DNA from: Nemertoderma westbladi
Taxonomy: Eukaryota > Animalia > Xenacoelomorpha
NCBI GenBank assembly: GCA_032718475.1
Contig: JAUCBJ010001675.1
Coordinates: forward strand, 1 to 56,758
Reading direction: 5' to 3'
DNA length: 56,758 bases
The notes beneath the pieces were generated by a model, which was not told where the DNA came from, did no database searches, and saw only the letters and a list, made by a program, of their open reading frames with translations. How positions within the stretch are numbered: the first letter of the stretch is position 1; each line of letters begins with the position of its first letter. Positions 37,961 through 49,282 of this stretch are shown one piece after another. A program made the position numbers and the translations under genes.

Positions 37961-40922
37961 TATGATGATCTAAGGACATATCCAGTGTCACACTGGATGA
38001 CTCACCATAAAACATTGAATGGATCTGTCACATTGCAGTTCATCTTAGATCACTTTGCAAACGTTTAAAAATACCTTGCGGAAAACGTGGAGTACTGAAT
38101 GCATAATGCCACCATCTGACTGATTCATGGCAGCATGAATATCAATCTAATCAATTAGTACCTGTATTAGGAGGGAAGAAGAAATGAGTGCCAGAATGAA
38201 ATTATAAAAGCCCCAATTCAAAATTGTAGCTTTCAGTTACCTTATGGAATATTGTTGGTAAAAATAGTTAACATGACGAAAATTATTATCACAATTATGT
38301 ATGGCCAACAATTATTGTAATAGCTAATATACTGACATGGTTGAATGTCAATGGACCATGAACCACATATTTAAATATTTAGATTTTGTCTTTGTTTTCA
38401 ATATGGTATATGTAAAGATGTATTACCTCATTGGTATATAAATAAGTATATATGTATGATTCTAACACTGTACAACCTTTGTGTGAGTGATGGGGCTTGG
38501 TTGACCTTTGCCTTTGCACTTCAGAAAAGGTAAATATGATCCATCGATCTATATTATTTGTTTGGTGTAAATTGAACTTACAGGATGGGAACTACAGTCT
38601 AAAGTGTGAAACACATACCCAGGAAAGAAATACACTTTGATGTCAATTTGGGAAACAAATACATGGAAATGTAATTGGAAGATGTAACAGACGTTTCCAA
38701 AATGGTCATTTTATAACAGTTTAACATAATCAGCAGTTTCAGGAAATTCTCGAATGTATTTGGCTTTGTATAGGACCTTTTCAATCAATATATGGCAAAC
38801 ACAACTTCGTCACAACAAACATAATTTTATCCTTGGCAGACTCGACTAATGAACCTGCTATTAGGCTAGGTAAATCATGTTAAGTGTTCTGCCTGACTAT
38901 AAAACGATATTATAATATAAAGAAATGTTACATTGTATGATGATAGCATTATGCTTTAGATAGATAAATTTATTTATACATTAAGCAAAAACAATAACAA
39001 ATACTCCAAACAATGTACAGGTATTGTCCAACAAAACATATAGGATTACCCCTAAAGCTTTGCAGCTTATTTCCAAGGGGGTCCTTCATTTTATAATTTG
39101 ATATGTATTTTAATCGACAATGGAATTTATGTTACCCACTAGTTAAGTTCAGTGCTCTTCGGTTCCCATATTGAAAAACTCTTGAGAGACAAGATTCATT
39201 ATACAACAGGTGCACCAACACTAATTAAGGAAATTAAAATATCTTTCAGATTAAAACAACTAACTAACAAACAGCCTTCAAACCATTATTAAACTTCAAG
39301 AAGACATGGAGATATGTAGAAGATAATTTAAGAATGCACATGATATATTTGGTAATTGAAATTGGTAAGAAAAACAAAAACAACACCCAGTTGTTTTTGG
39401 AAGCCGATGCAGATTCCTAATGTACAAATAACATCGCCGATTTTACAATGATAGACCAAGATACAAGTTTATACGGCAGGTGGGAAGTTCTTATAGGGAA
39501 CAGGATAGGAGTTAGGCCCATTATATCGAAATTTTAGGAGTTATAATATATATTATAAATAAGTTTATAATATAATATCGCATATTTTAAATAAGCATAA
39601 AGTAAAACAAATGCAGACAATAACCCTACAGTTTAATTCTGTTACAAATCATGTTGCTCTACATCATTAAAGCCTTTTTTATATAAATATTTCCATCTTC
39701 GAATAAACTTACATACTCCAAAGTCGTAATCCAGCACTTTAAAATTTGCAATGCACGAGGAATTTTAAATTCCGAGCTTTAGGGAGTATCTGATTATAAG
39801 AGCACATCAAACGTAGACATGCTGCAGAACAATTTTATCGAACTCCTACCATCATAAGTTTTGCTCTACTAAATCCTACTGGAGAGCCACAGACACTTGT
39901 ATCTGTCGCTGATGCAGCGAGTGAACCACAAGTATTGGAGTGTTCTTCATTACATACATTGAACTCCACCATGACACTGGCTGTGATGCTATCCGGTCCT
40001 GATTAGAACAAATTCGACGGCATATTTTTAATTATATTTGGTACTATTTTTATTGTGCATCAATTTTTTAAATAATCTTATCTAATTTTGTGTGTTTAAT
40101 TTAACGATGTTCAGTTAATAAAGCATATAATTATTTATTATATTTTGTCTATAAAATATTGCTCTTTTGAAGTTACTTAATTTGGCTTGTCGTCACTAAC
40201 TAACTACCCACGATTTAAGGCGCTGTAGTCTATAATCGTGCCTGACGACATTGAGTCGAACTGAGAATGGTTCAGTCAGTTTGAAGAGCAACGATGTGTA
40301 GGGATTACACGGCAAGATTACGATTTAAAATCCCATCCCAAGGCTGTGAAAGTTATCTGTCCGCTCTAGTTCTAATAAATAATTTTGCTATGTAAAACAT
40401 CTGCCTTTAAGATAAACAGTGTTATAGAAAAAGTGCTCAATGCGTTCTATGTGAAATATAACATAATTTCAAAAGCTTCTATAAGAGACCAACATTTTGG
40501 CACGTGGCTCAACTATGAAGATGAGATATTAACAATAAATCTGTAGAACACTCTATAGGTTCACCAATATATGTACTAACAAATTTTATCACTAACATAT
40601 TATTAATACAAAACTACAATATTTTAAAAATAACTGAATGAAATATAACCATTTCTAAGTGAAGTTCAGATATGCTTACATATTATTTTTGTTCCACAAG
40701 CTTTTTAATCACATCAATGATTAGTGGGTATGATTAAGAAATGGTAAAACTCCTAGGATGACAATTCATAAAACACTATTCACTCAAAAAAAGACATTAT
40801 TTCATCACCCCCAAATATTAATAGGAATTTGCAACAGTTGTACAATAATTTCTTCAACTATGTGATATCTTGCAGTGAGTAATTTAGGGTGGAACGTAAG
40901 GTTTGAGTACATGATAATATGT

Positions 40923-42527
40923 TTATTGTAGTTTCGTCTTTCTTTTGAGGAACTTGTTTCGACAGAATTTACAGCAGAACATAAGTAAAGTAGTGAATAT
41001 TACAAAACCAATAAGTACAAACAGCAACACGTCAATGAGAAAATATTGGAAGAAATTCAGATTGTGAGCAGCAGATCGAAGATGTTGTGAGCCATGCTGG
41101 ATTACGTGTTCTGTCCAAAACGTAAATGTTTCTATTGGATGAACGGGTGTAGATTTCATCACTTTTGACCAATATTGAGCATTTTTGGAATACGATTCAT
41201 TCATAAGGAGCATTTGGATTTTATCGTAGAACTGTTCACCAGTCAACGTTTTCATGTGCTTTACCACACTGGCCATACCCCTTCGTTCTAAATGAACCAA
41301 GTTAAATTCAGAGTCACCCCCAATTGGCAAGCAAAGCATCGGAACCCCGTTATAAATTCCCTCGTAGAGACTGCTGAGACCGCCGTGTGTAACAAACAAT
41401 CTTGTCGCTGGATGACCTATTAAATCGTGTTGTGGGAGCCAATCAAGAAAGTGAACATTACTTGGTAAATCTTTTCTGTCGAATCCCTTGATTGCACGAC
41501 AAAAAACTTGCTGTTTCACCTTTGCAAATCCAAGCATCAACTCCTTTATAAATTCTTTAGGTAACGATTTCAGTACAGATCCTATGGAAAACACAATAAT
41601 TCCGTGGTCTTTAGAACTGTCTATAATTTTCATGATACTATCAGGTAAGGGTTTGGGTTTACTCAATTTAAAACCTCCGATATTTGCGACATTTGGCATC
41701 GATGGTCTGGGATATTCGAAGATTGCATTTGTATAAATAAATGTGAACTCTGCCTGGGCAAATGTATCAAACATACTTACATTTGGTTGAATGTTGAGTT
41801 CTTGTTTGATGGTTTCTGCACCTGTTAAAAACAGATAATCCCTGAAGATGCATCCAGCAGTGTATGCCAGGACATTCACGAATCTTTGTATGAAACTCAT
41901 ATTATCGGTAAACCCTGTTATCGGTACTGGAACATAGGATAAAGGTGAAGGAACATTAGTGATGTGATAGAATAGTGCGGGTTCCATTGGTATCTGAGTG
42001 CCAGGCATAAAGTTAATATAACGAATCCCCAACTTCTGTGCCATCAAATGGCCACACCCGAATGGCATAATGTTGATCACAGACATATCCCAGGGCACTT
42101 GTGTAAGTTTTTCAAACATGGTATCATCAGTTAAGATGAGACGACACATTTCTGAACCAATACCCATTAAATTATTGAGATGGCCAGCTAACATAATCTC
42201 CATGGCCGATTTCTCTTGTACTATGTCATCAAATAATAATTTTGATACTTCCTCAGCACGTCTGTTTAAGTTGGTTTCCATAGTACCATTACCTCCATAT
42301 TTATAAAGCGTATAATTCACATCATCTAATGTTTTGAGAGCGTGTCCCACAATCATGCCAACATTGTGACCTCGGGCTGCTAATGCATTAGCCATTTCAT
42401 GTCCCAATAGATACTGACTACGTCCAACTGTTGATATACCCGGTATCCATATTAGGATGTTTGATGATAAATTACTTGGGATCAAGGTCAGAATTATAAT
42501 CCCTATTGTTATAATTGTTTTAATCAT
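40923..42527 (-). CDS. UDP-glycosyltransferase paralog, single coding exon
   Basis: Same motifs as the first copy; ATG of MIKTIIT at 42527; acceptor ttccacag ~40 nt upstream. Confidence 0.95.
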   Translation of the reverse strand: MIKTIITIGIIILTLIPSNLSSNILIWIPGISTVGRSQYLLGHEMANALAARGHNVGMIVGHALKTLDDVNYTLYKYGGNGTMETNLNRRAEEVSKLLFDDIVQEKSAMEIMLAGHLNNLMGIGSEMCRLILTDDTMFEKLTQVPWDMSVINIMPFGCGHLMAQKLGIRYINFMPGTQIPMEPALFYHITNVPSPLSYVPVPITGFTDNMSFIQRFVNVLAYTAGCIFRDYLFLTGAETIKQELNIQPNVSMFDTFAQAEFTFIYTNAIFEYPRPSMPNVANIGGFKLSKPKPLPDSIMKIIDSSKDHGIIVFSIGSVLKSLPKEFIKELMLGFAKVKQQVFCRAIKGFDRKDLPSNVHFLDWLPQHDLIGHPATRLFVTHGGLSSLYEGIYNGVPMLCLPIGGDSEFNLVHLERRGMASVVKHMKTLTGEQFYDKIQMLLMNESYSKNAQYWSKVMKSTPVHPIETFTFWTEHVIQHGSQHLRSAAHNLNFFQYFLIDVLLFVLIGFVIFTTLLMFCCKFCRNKFLKRKTKLQ

Positions 42528-42647
42528 TTTATAATATTGCAAATAAACACACTTTGCAGATAGCCTGTGGAATATTATTGATAAAATTTGTTATATGACA
42601 AATAGCATTCTTGCTGGTTATGGTGTCCAACATATTCACCTTAATTT

Positions 42648-43450
42648 TATAATTAGGAGCCCGCTTGACAGCGGGATACTTACTGTAAAAATCTCAGGGA
42701 TACTTACTGTAAAAATCTCAGGATATATAACACTGACTGACTGACTGATAATTATCCAGGTTCAGGCACTTCCTGCCTGGCGATTTTGATGAAATTTTGC
42801 AAGTACATCCAACTCATCATCACCAGAACTTCCGTAAATTTTATTATGTTCACTTCTATATCTTTGCTCTAATTTGCGTAGGTCTATAAAATATTTTTCA
42901 CATTGCTTTGGTGGTTCATAATCGCGTTACAAAATTTCAGGTCGATTCTATGTGTGGTATTCGATATATTTTAGTTTTTTGACATTATTTTGTCGCGAAA
43001 TTAAAAGCAATGGTAAAATAACAGCTGGTGTTCATGATGAAATATGGCTTAATATGTTATACACAGTCATAGAAAAACGTGTTGGTTGCCAAGTTTTACT
43101 AGTAGGCTATAAGGAAAGGCAATGTTTACTCACACATAAGCTGTTGGTTCTAATGTATTACCCCATAAGCTGATTGCTCTCCCAGTGCTTCCTAAGGGTA
43201 TATCTACAATAAGGTTACTCACTCTGCTATGTTAGGGGTGGATCAGGAGAATGAATTTTAGTTACACAAAGCAGTGTGTTGTGTCCTATTGCAGTGGTTA
43301 CTCACTGTGGATTGCAAAATGTTTTATATAGTTGACCTACAGTATAATACAGTAGTTGCATGTATTTAAGGAGCCCGCTCTGGCCAACCACCTAACTTAG
43401 CAGGAGTACCTATATTACCCCGTCGCTTGACGACGGGGTAATACCTATAG
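42648..43450 (+). mobile_element. Putative non-autonomous Helitron/Helentron-like element
   Basis: 5' hairpin CCCGCT-TGAC-AGCGGG, short (CTGA)n, repeated AGGAGCCCGCT near both ends, and a 3' 13-bp hairpin TATTACCCCGTCG-CTTGA-CGACGGGGTAATA followed by CCTATAG. Confidence 0.55.
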
Positions 43451-43980
43451 AAGGAAACTAAATTTGTTATTTGGCTCTATTCGTTGTTATTTATCTGGTT
43501 GTACTGTACAGGGCATCTACCCGAATAATGACATTCTATTCTTGGACATATAATAAGAAGTAAGTAGAATCTATGTATAATACTAACAATAATGAATAAT
43601 ATTGTATAAGATATAACGTAATAATAATAATATGGCAATTTGTTAACCTTTGATCGAGATGAAAAGGTAAATAAGATTCACTCGACTTATAACATTAGCG
43701 CGTGCAAATTGATCTTTTAGCATGGTGAAGGTATGGGTGATTAATAAAGAGACTTAAACATCGTGAGCAAAATTATATGTTATTATATATATTATGTTGA
43801 AAAATATGTAAAATATCGAGTGTAAATATAATAGAATACTAATAATAATATAATATAATAAAATATTATATTATATTATTATATAAAAACATTATATTAT
43901 TTATTGACAGTAAATGTGTTCCAATATGTTTTCAATATTCAAATCGTGATATAATTAGAAGGCGATACCTGGCGTTCCAT

Positions 43981-44140
43981 TAGGGTTGGTGCGCGTAAAA
44001 ATTGTTGGGCTAAAGACAATTGAATAAGGGGTAACAAGGTGCGCTAAATCGAGTGGTGGGATGTGTATTTTGTAAAAACAAGAGGAAATGCCGCGTTAAA
44101 TTAAGCGTGCGAAACCAATTTTTAAAATTGGCTGATTGGC
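43981..44140 (+). mobile_element. Second copy of the hAT-like MITE end seen at 24103-24294
   Basis: Direct sequence similarity to the reverse complement of that region. Confidence 0.55.
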
Positions 44141-44214
44141 TACTACTACGATTATTACTACGATCGGCATGCTGCATTCCAGCTGCATTATATATATTAC
44201 ATATATATTAAGAA

Positions 44215-44680
44215 TGCTGTGCCGGCTTGTCGGATTGCGCCACCACAACTCCCTATCACCCATGATATTTGTTAATCATCCGCATCTTCAAGGCCAGTGT
44301 CCCTTAAGATGCGTCTCGAAAGAAGGTCGTCTTAAGAAAGTCATGGGCTGTCCACCATGCTTATTCACTCCATAAGGCCACACAAGATTATGCACTGGCT
44401 GGTCTTCACGGCGAAATAAATGTTCTGAAAAGCGTAGGCAGTTCCGTTCAAGTGTCCAGCTAGGGGAGAATAATGAAACACCTCCAATGTTATATAGAGT
44501 CTGATTGAAGATGTGTTCATTGTACTTGACACAATGAACAGGGCGCAGCATTCTTGTGAAAGTGCCATCCAGAGATTTGGTATCCTCAGAACCTTAAGGT
44601 TCTGCTTTATTCTATGGGACTTCCAAATCCTTGAAAAACTGTTCAACGCTGCCCATCCGAAGATCTTCACCTGACTTTCA
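44215..44680 (-). mobile_element. RTE-like LINE 3' fragment (same family as 22390-22615)
   Basis: FRREDQPVHNLVW..GVNKHGGQPMTFLRR on the minus strand. Confidence 0.75.
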
Positions 44681-45125
44681 TATGATTGGATAGTGCAGAT
44701 CTGATGTTACAAGGCGGTGATGCGTGATGGCTTATACTGCATTGTTACAATACCTTTATTTGGAGATTGGTTTTCGTTCCAGTCAAATACACATTAAATA
44801 ATGATAATGAATTGAAAAGGAGTGTCTTGGTTGTTTTGAGTCTTTCGACACTACAATTAATTAAATTTATTGAGAATAACATTCATAAAAATGATGTTTA
44901 CAAATGGAAACACGGCAGTTTGCCAGGTACTGGTGTATATGTACCTGCAGAATGGTGTGCCCTATACACCCAGCCCTAATTTTTTTATCTGTTTATTGTA
45001 GTATTGACTTGCAATAATTTTGCTGGTACACAATTTTAACTGATAGACAAAGATATCAGGTAGCAGGTCATCTATCGAGTTATCAATATTGCTAACAGCA
45101 TATTATCAATGTTCCTCTTCATGAA

Positions 45126-45908
45126 TGTCATGGGATCCGAGTTGGCGAGTGGATCCCGACTGGTGTATGTCTCGTGTTGTATGGCAATACGCGTCGCCGT
45201 GTTAAAGGCCTGAAAGGCCGACAGGCCGATGTAATAAAGACAGAGTTCATAGTTTGTGGTTATTGATAATCTCTGATAGATATACAAGTACCGGTATTAC
45301 AGCACAATCAGTATAGCACAACGACGACGGTTTAAACCGTTTAACTTCTACACTGATTACTAGCCAACTGAATCATAATTAACACTGAGTAACAGTTATA
45401 TAGATATTGCATGGAAGATTACACATACTACCTACTTTATCGACCTACCAATAGATGCGCGCTAATTGATGGTGTACTGCCCCACTATTGGTTGGTTTAC
45501 TCTTTGGCCACTCCCTATCTCCCCTGGCCCTATGTTGGCTTCCCCCTGAGATATGTTGGTATCTCTCTCCAGCTGGCAGTATATTGCCCCGTTCCCTTTG
45601 GTATACAATATTGCGTTGGACAATATTGCATTTGTGATCGTAATTCGTAAATCACGATTCCCTATTTTCTCACTGGGTGGTGCAGCGGATTGGATCCGCT
45701 AACACTCCCCTCCCATGCTTTTTTTTACCGGTGAGAAGATAGCATCAGCCTCATAGTGCGCTCCATTCCGCTGGAATCCAATCTAATATTGGATGTGGGG
45801 TGGTATAATCTTTTCTGGGACCAGTTTTACAGACTAGCCCCTCTGGGTCTGCTCTCACTACCCATAGGTTATATCTGACTATAGTATGTACATTGTATTT
45901 ATTATAGA
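45126..45908 (-). mobile_element. 3' end of a related BEL/Pao element: 3' internal region, PPT (45714-45705) and 579-bp LTR (45704-45126)
   Basis: Minus strand reads GGGAGGGGAG|TGTTAGCGGATCC...GGATCCCATGACA; 45705-45865 is homologous to 2580-2736. Confidence 0.82.
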
Positions 45909-46530
45909 TGTAAGCGGATTCAATTTTGCTGCATTACCCTCATAAAATGGGAAGTGGCACCTTTTTCAGCAATGTTGGAGATACGAGATTAGCAATAACT
46001 AATCTCGTATCACAACCAACACTGGGGAGAACACAAACCCCAAAGCCACATAAGGGAAGGTTAGAGGTCAAATCACCTCGGGAGGGGAAACAACCAGCAG
46101 GGGCCAACAGGGGGGGGGGGGGAAACACTCCCAGAGAGGGGAGAGGCGTGAAGTAGATTATTAGCCAATAGGGGCGAGGGAGAGCATCCACTAGGTGAAA
46201 GGCCACAGCAGTATAGAAATAATTACACATATATTATGCCGTTACCGGTCTGGCTATTCAGTTATTCAGTTATTGGTTTTAGTGCAGACCGGTGACATTT
46301 CTCACCGTCACCAACGTCACCAATATATCCACTCATACCGGTATCCATCGAATTCTGTACTAAGTACATTATTGTGCTATTATTATCACTGTATTAATAT
46401 TCAGTTATTGTGTCAAGAAACAACAACGAACTCTCATCCCTATTATTTCAACAACGGCCTCGGCCTAACTACTAGACAAACGGTGATGCGTAGTTTATTG
46501 ATCTGGTCGGGATCCCTTGATCCTGTCACA
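45909..46530 (+). repeat. 5' LTR (622 bp)
   Basis: TG...CA termini similar to the other two LTRs; TSD on the left. Confidence 0.88.
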
Positions 46531-46570
46531 GTGAGAAATTCCCATCTAAACACTAAACTGTGACTGCCAG

Positions 46571-47726
46571 ATGCAAGTAAAGATGAGTAATCAGGAGCCC
46601 CGATTATCAGAGGGAGAGAGGACACCGACACGGACCCCGGACGATACCAACCAAATGATCCATGAGGCCGCGACGCGACGGTATCGGCCAGCAACGCCGG
46701 ATTCGCCGACGAGGGACGATCCGGTAGCCCAAGCGGAGGGCAGCCATCTACCACGAGGAAGGGACGAGTCGATGCACGACAACAGTCGGAGTACCGAAGT
46801 CGCCGGCCAGCCACAGGCAGAGGGCGACGGACGGCCCACCGGAACGGCGACGGTGGGTCCACCGGTACGACGCCGAACCAGGAGAGGAGGAGGAGATGTC
46901 GGCGAAGAGGACGTCGGGACCAGCAATCGGCTTCGACGGGCCTACAACGCCACTAAGAAACTGTTGAAGGAGGCCAAAGAGGGGGAGAAGGTAAATCAGG
47001 GAAAGTTGAGCCAGCGGCTAGGTGAGTCGAATAAACACTTTCGGTATCTAGTTCGTTTCGGGCAGGGAGAACTGGCGAGTGAGAGAGCGAGGGGGGTCGC
47101 CACTGAACTATTCGAACTGTGGCGATCCGGGGTTATGGAGCCTGAAGTAGTGTACGTAGGGCCGTATTTAGTGGATGCTAGTGGAATTAAGTTAGTTAGT
47201 GGGTTGGACAGATCCGCACGAGGGCGAACCCGAGGTTAACCCCGAGGATTTGGTCTCGTCGGTTAGCGAGAACCCCAGAAAGCGGGGGAAAGTTAGTAGG
47301 ACAGAGAGGCGACAGGATCCTCTGCGAAAGCAACAAGGGTGTTGGAAATAGATCTGGCATGTCAATTAGACATGGTGGCGCTAGACCAGAAAGAATTAGA
47401 GAGGCAGTTGGATGAGGGAACTGCGTTGTTAGAGAAAGAGAGAGAGTTGGCGAGGGAATGTAGAGAGAGGGCCGAAAGGGTGGCGAAGAACTGTAGAGAG
47501 CAAGAAGAGAGAGAGGCAGAGGAACGTAAAGAGCGAGAGACGAGAGTAGAGAATGAACATAAAGAGTGAGAGACAAGAGTAGAGAACGAGCGTAAAGAGC
47601 GAGAAGTGAGAGAGGCGACGAGGATAGAGAGAGAAATGAACCAACATAAAGAGCGGGAGGCAAGGGTAGAGAGCGAGCGTAGAGAGCTGGTGGCGAGAGA
47701 AACAGAGTTAGCGAACCAGAGTTTAC

Positions 47727-47771
<45 letters not shown>

Positions 47772-49282
47772 GGAAAGCGCATGCGGGACGATATGCATGC
47801 CCGGTTAAGGGGGCTTATGCAATATCAGGCTAAACAGAAGCGCCGACCAGAACTGGCGCAGTTGGGATTATCTGAGAGTGAGGCTGGCTCGGGTAGTATT
47901 TACGAGGAGCCAGAGGTTATGGAAACGTTTGTTTATACCCCACTTACAGGGACCGGACGACAGACCCACGACAGGTGTAATCGTACGGGCGAGGGGGGTA
48001 ATAATAATAATACGCTATAGAGGGCATTAATATTAATAGTACCGTAGTAGACAACCCTAATCAAACTTTCATTGCAGGAAATAATATTTTGCCCGACAAT
48101 AATAATTTAAATTCGAATATCCCTAATTTAAATGCACAAAATAATTCAAATAATAATTTAAACCCAAATATAGGAAATAATTCAAATATACAAAGTAATT
48201 CGAATAATTTAAATTCAAATACGCAGAATAATCTAAATAATAATTTTAATTCAAACGAGCAAAATAATCCCGATTCTAATCTAAATATGCAAAATAATTT
48301 AAATAATAATCCAAATTCAGAACAGAATAATTCCAATAATTTAAATAATTTAGAAAATAATGTTGATAATGGTGCTATTAATATAAACGCAGCAGACGTG
48401 AGTGGTCCGACCAGTGAGGGCCTGCAAGGCCACGTAGTTAATACGCAGGGAGTAGCGGGGGTGAGTCGACCCGACGGGAGCCTGCAAGGCCACGCAGTGG
48501 TAGAGGGAGAGGCGGGGGTGAATAGACCCAGCCGCAGTAGAGATAGTGCGTTGACAAGAGAGGGGCGTAGAAGCGAAGCGAGAGACAGTGAAGTGATAGG
48601 TGGATATCCCCAGCGGCGTCCAACTGGCTAGAGAGAGGGAGGTTGGCGTCATGAGCGGGCGAGCGACGAGACGTCGAGCCCAGTCAGAAGAGGGAAGAAG
48701 AACAGTGGAGTTTAACCGGGAGGTCGACGAGAGATCTCATGAGCGGGGACGCTACACTGAAGAGAGAAGAAGAGAAGGGAATAGAAGAAGCATTGCTACG
48801 AGCGACTGGAGAGCGAGGATGGATAGCGAGCCGTCGATGATGGAGATGGAGTTGGCGAGTCAGTGGGGTCGAACTCCGGGAGATTGCCATCGCCCCGGAG
48901 AGACGCAGCCTGGCGAGATATATTATACGCCGGGAGAGGGGTACAGGACGTACCGGTACGAGGATGAGAACAGGAGAGGGGATTGAAGAGAAACTCCCCG
49001 ACGGGATATAGCTGCCGATCGAGAGTACAGTAGTCGCGGGGAGGACTTCTTGGACTATTCGAGAAGGTTAAACTTCGGTCCGGAAGGACACATATAGACT
49101 GCAGGACATACTGTAGGCCTTACTGCACATACTATAGGCTATGCTGGGAGAGATAGTGTAGGCGATAGGGTAGCGCGAACAACGGGAGTAGATCCGGAAG
49201 TCGCGGAGTACATACCGGTAGGTAGGCAAGAAGTGGATAGGCCTATACCGGTACCAATGCAGCAGTATGACTATAATATGCA
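46571..49282 (+). pseudogene. Disrupted gag N-terminal region (R/E coiled coil, (AG)n, Asn-rich tract); rest of gag, protease and early RT deleted
   Basis: Chain of + strand ORFs broken by stops and frameshifts; the 3' end matches window bases 1-100, then jumps to RT at 49283. Confidence 0.65.
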
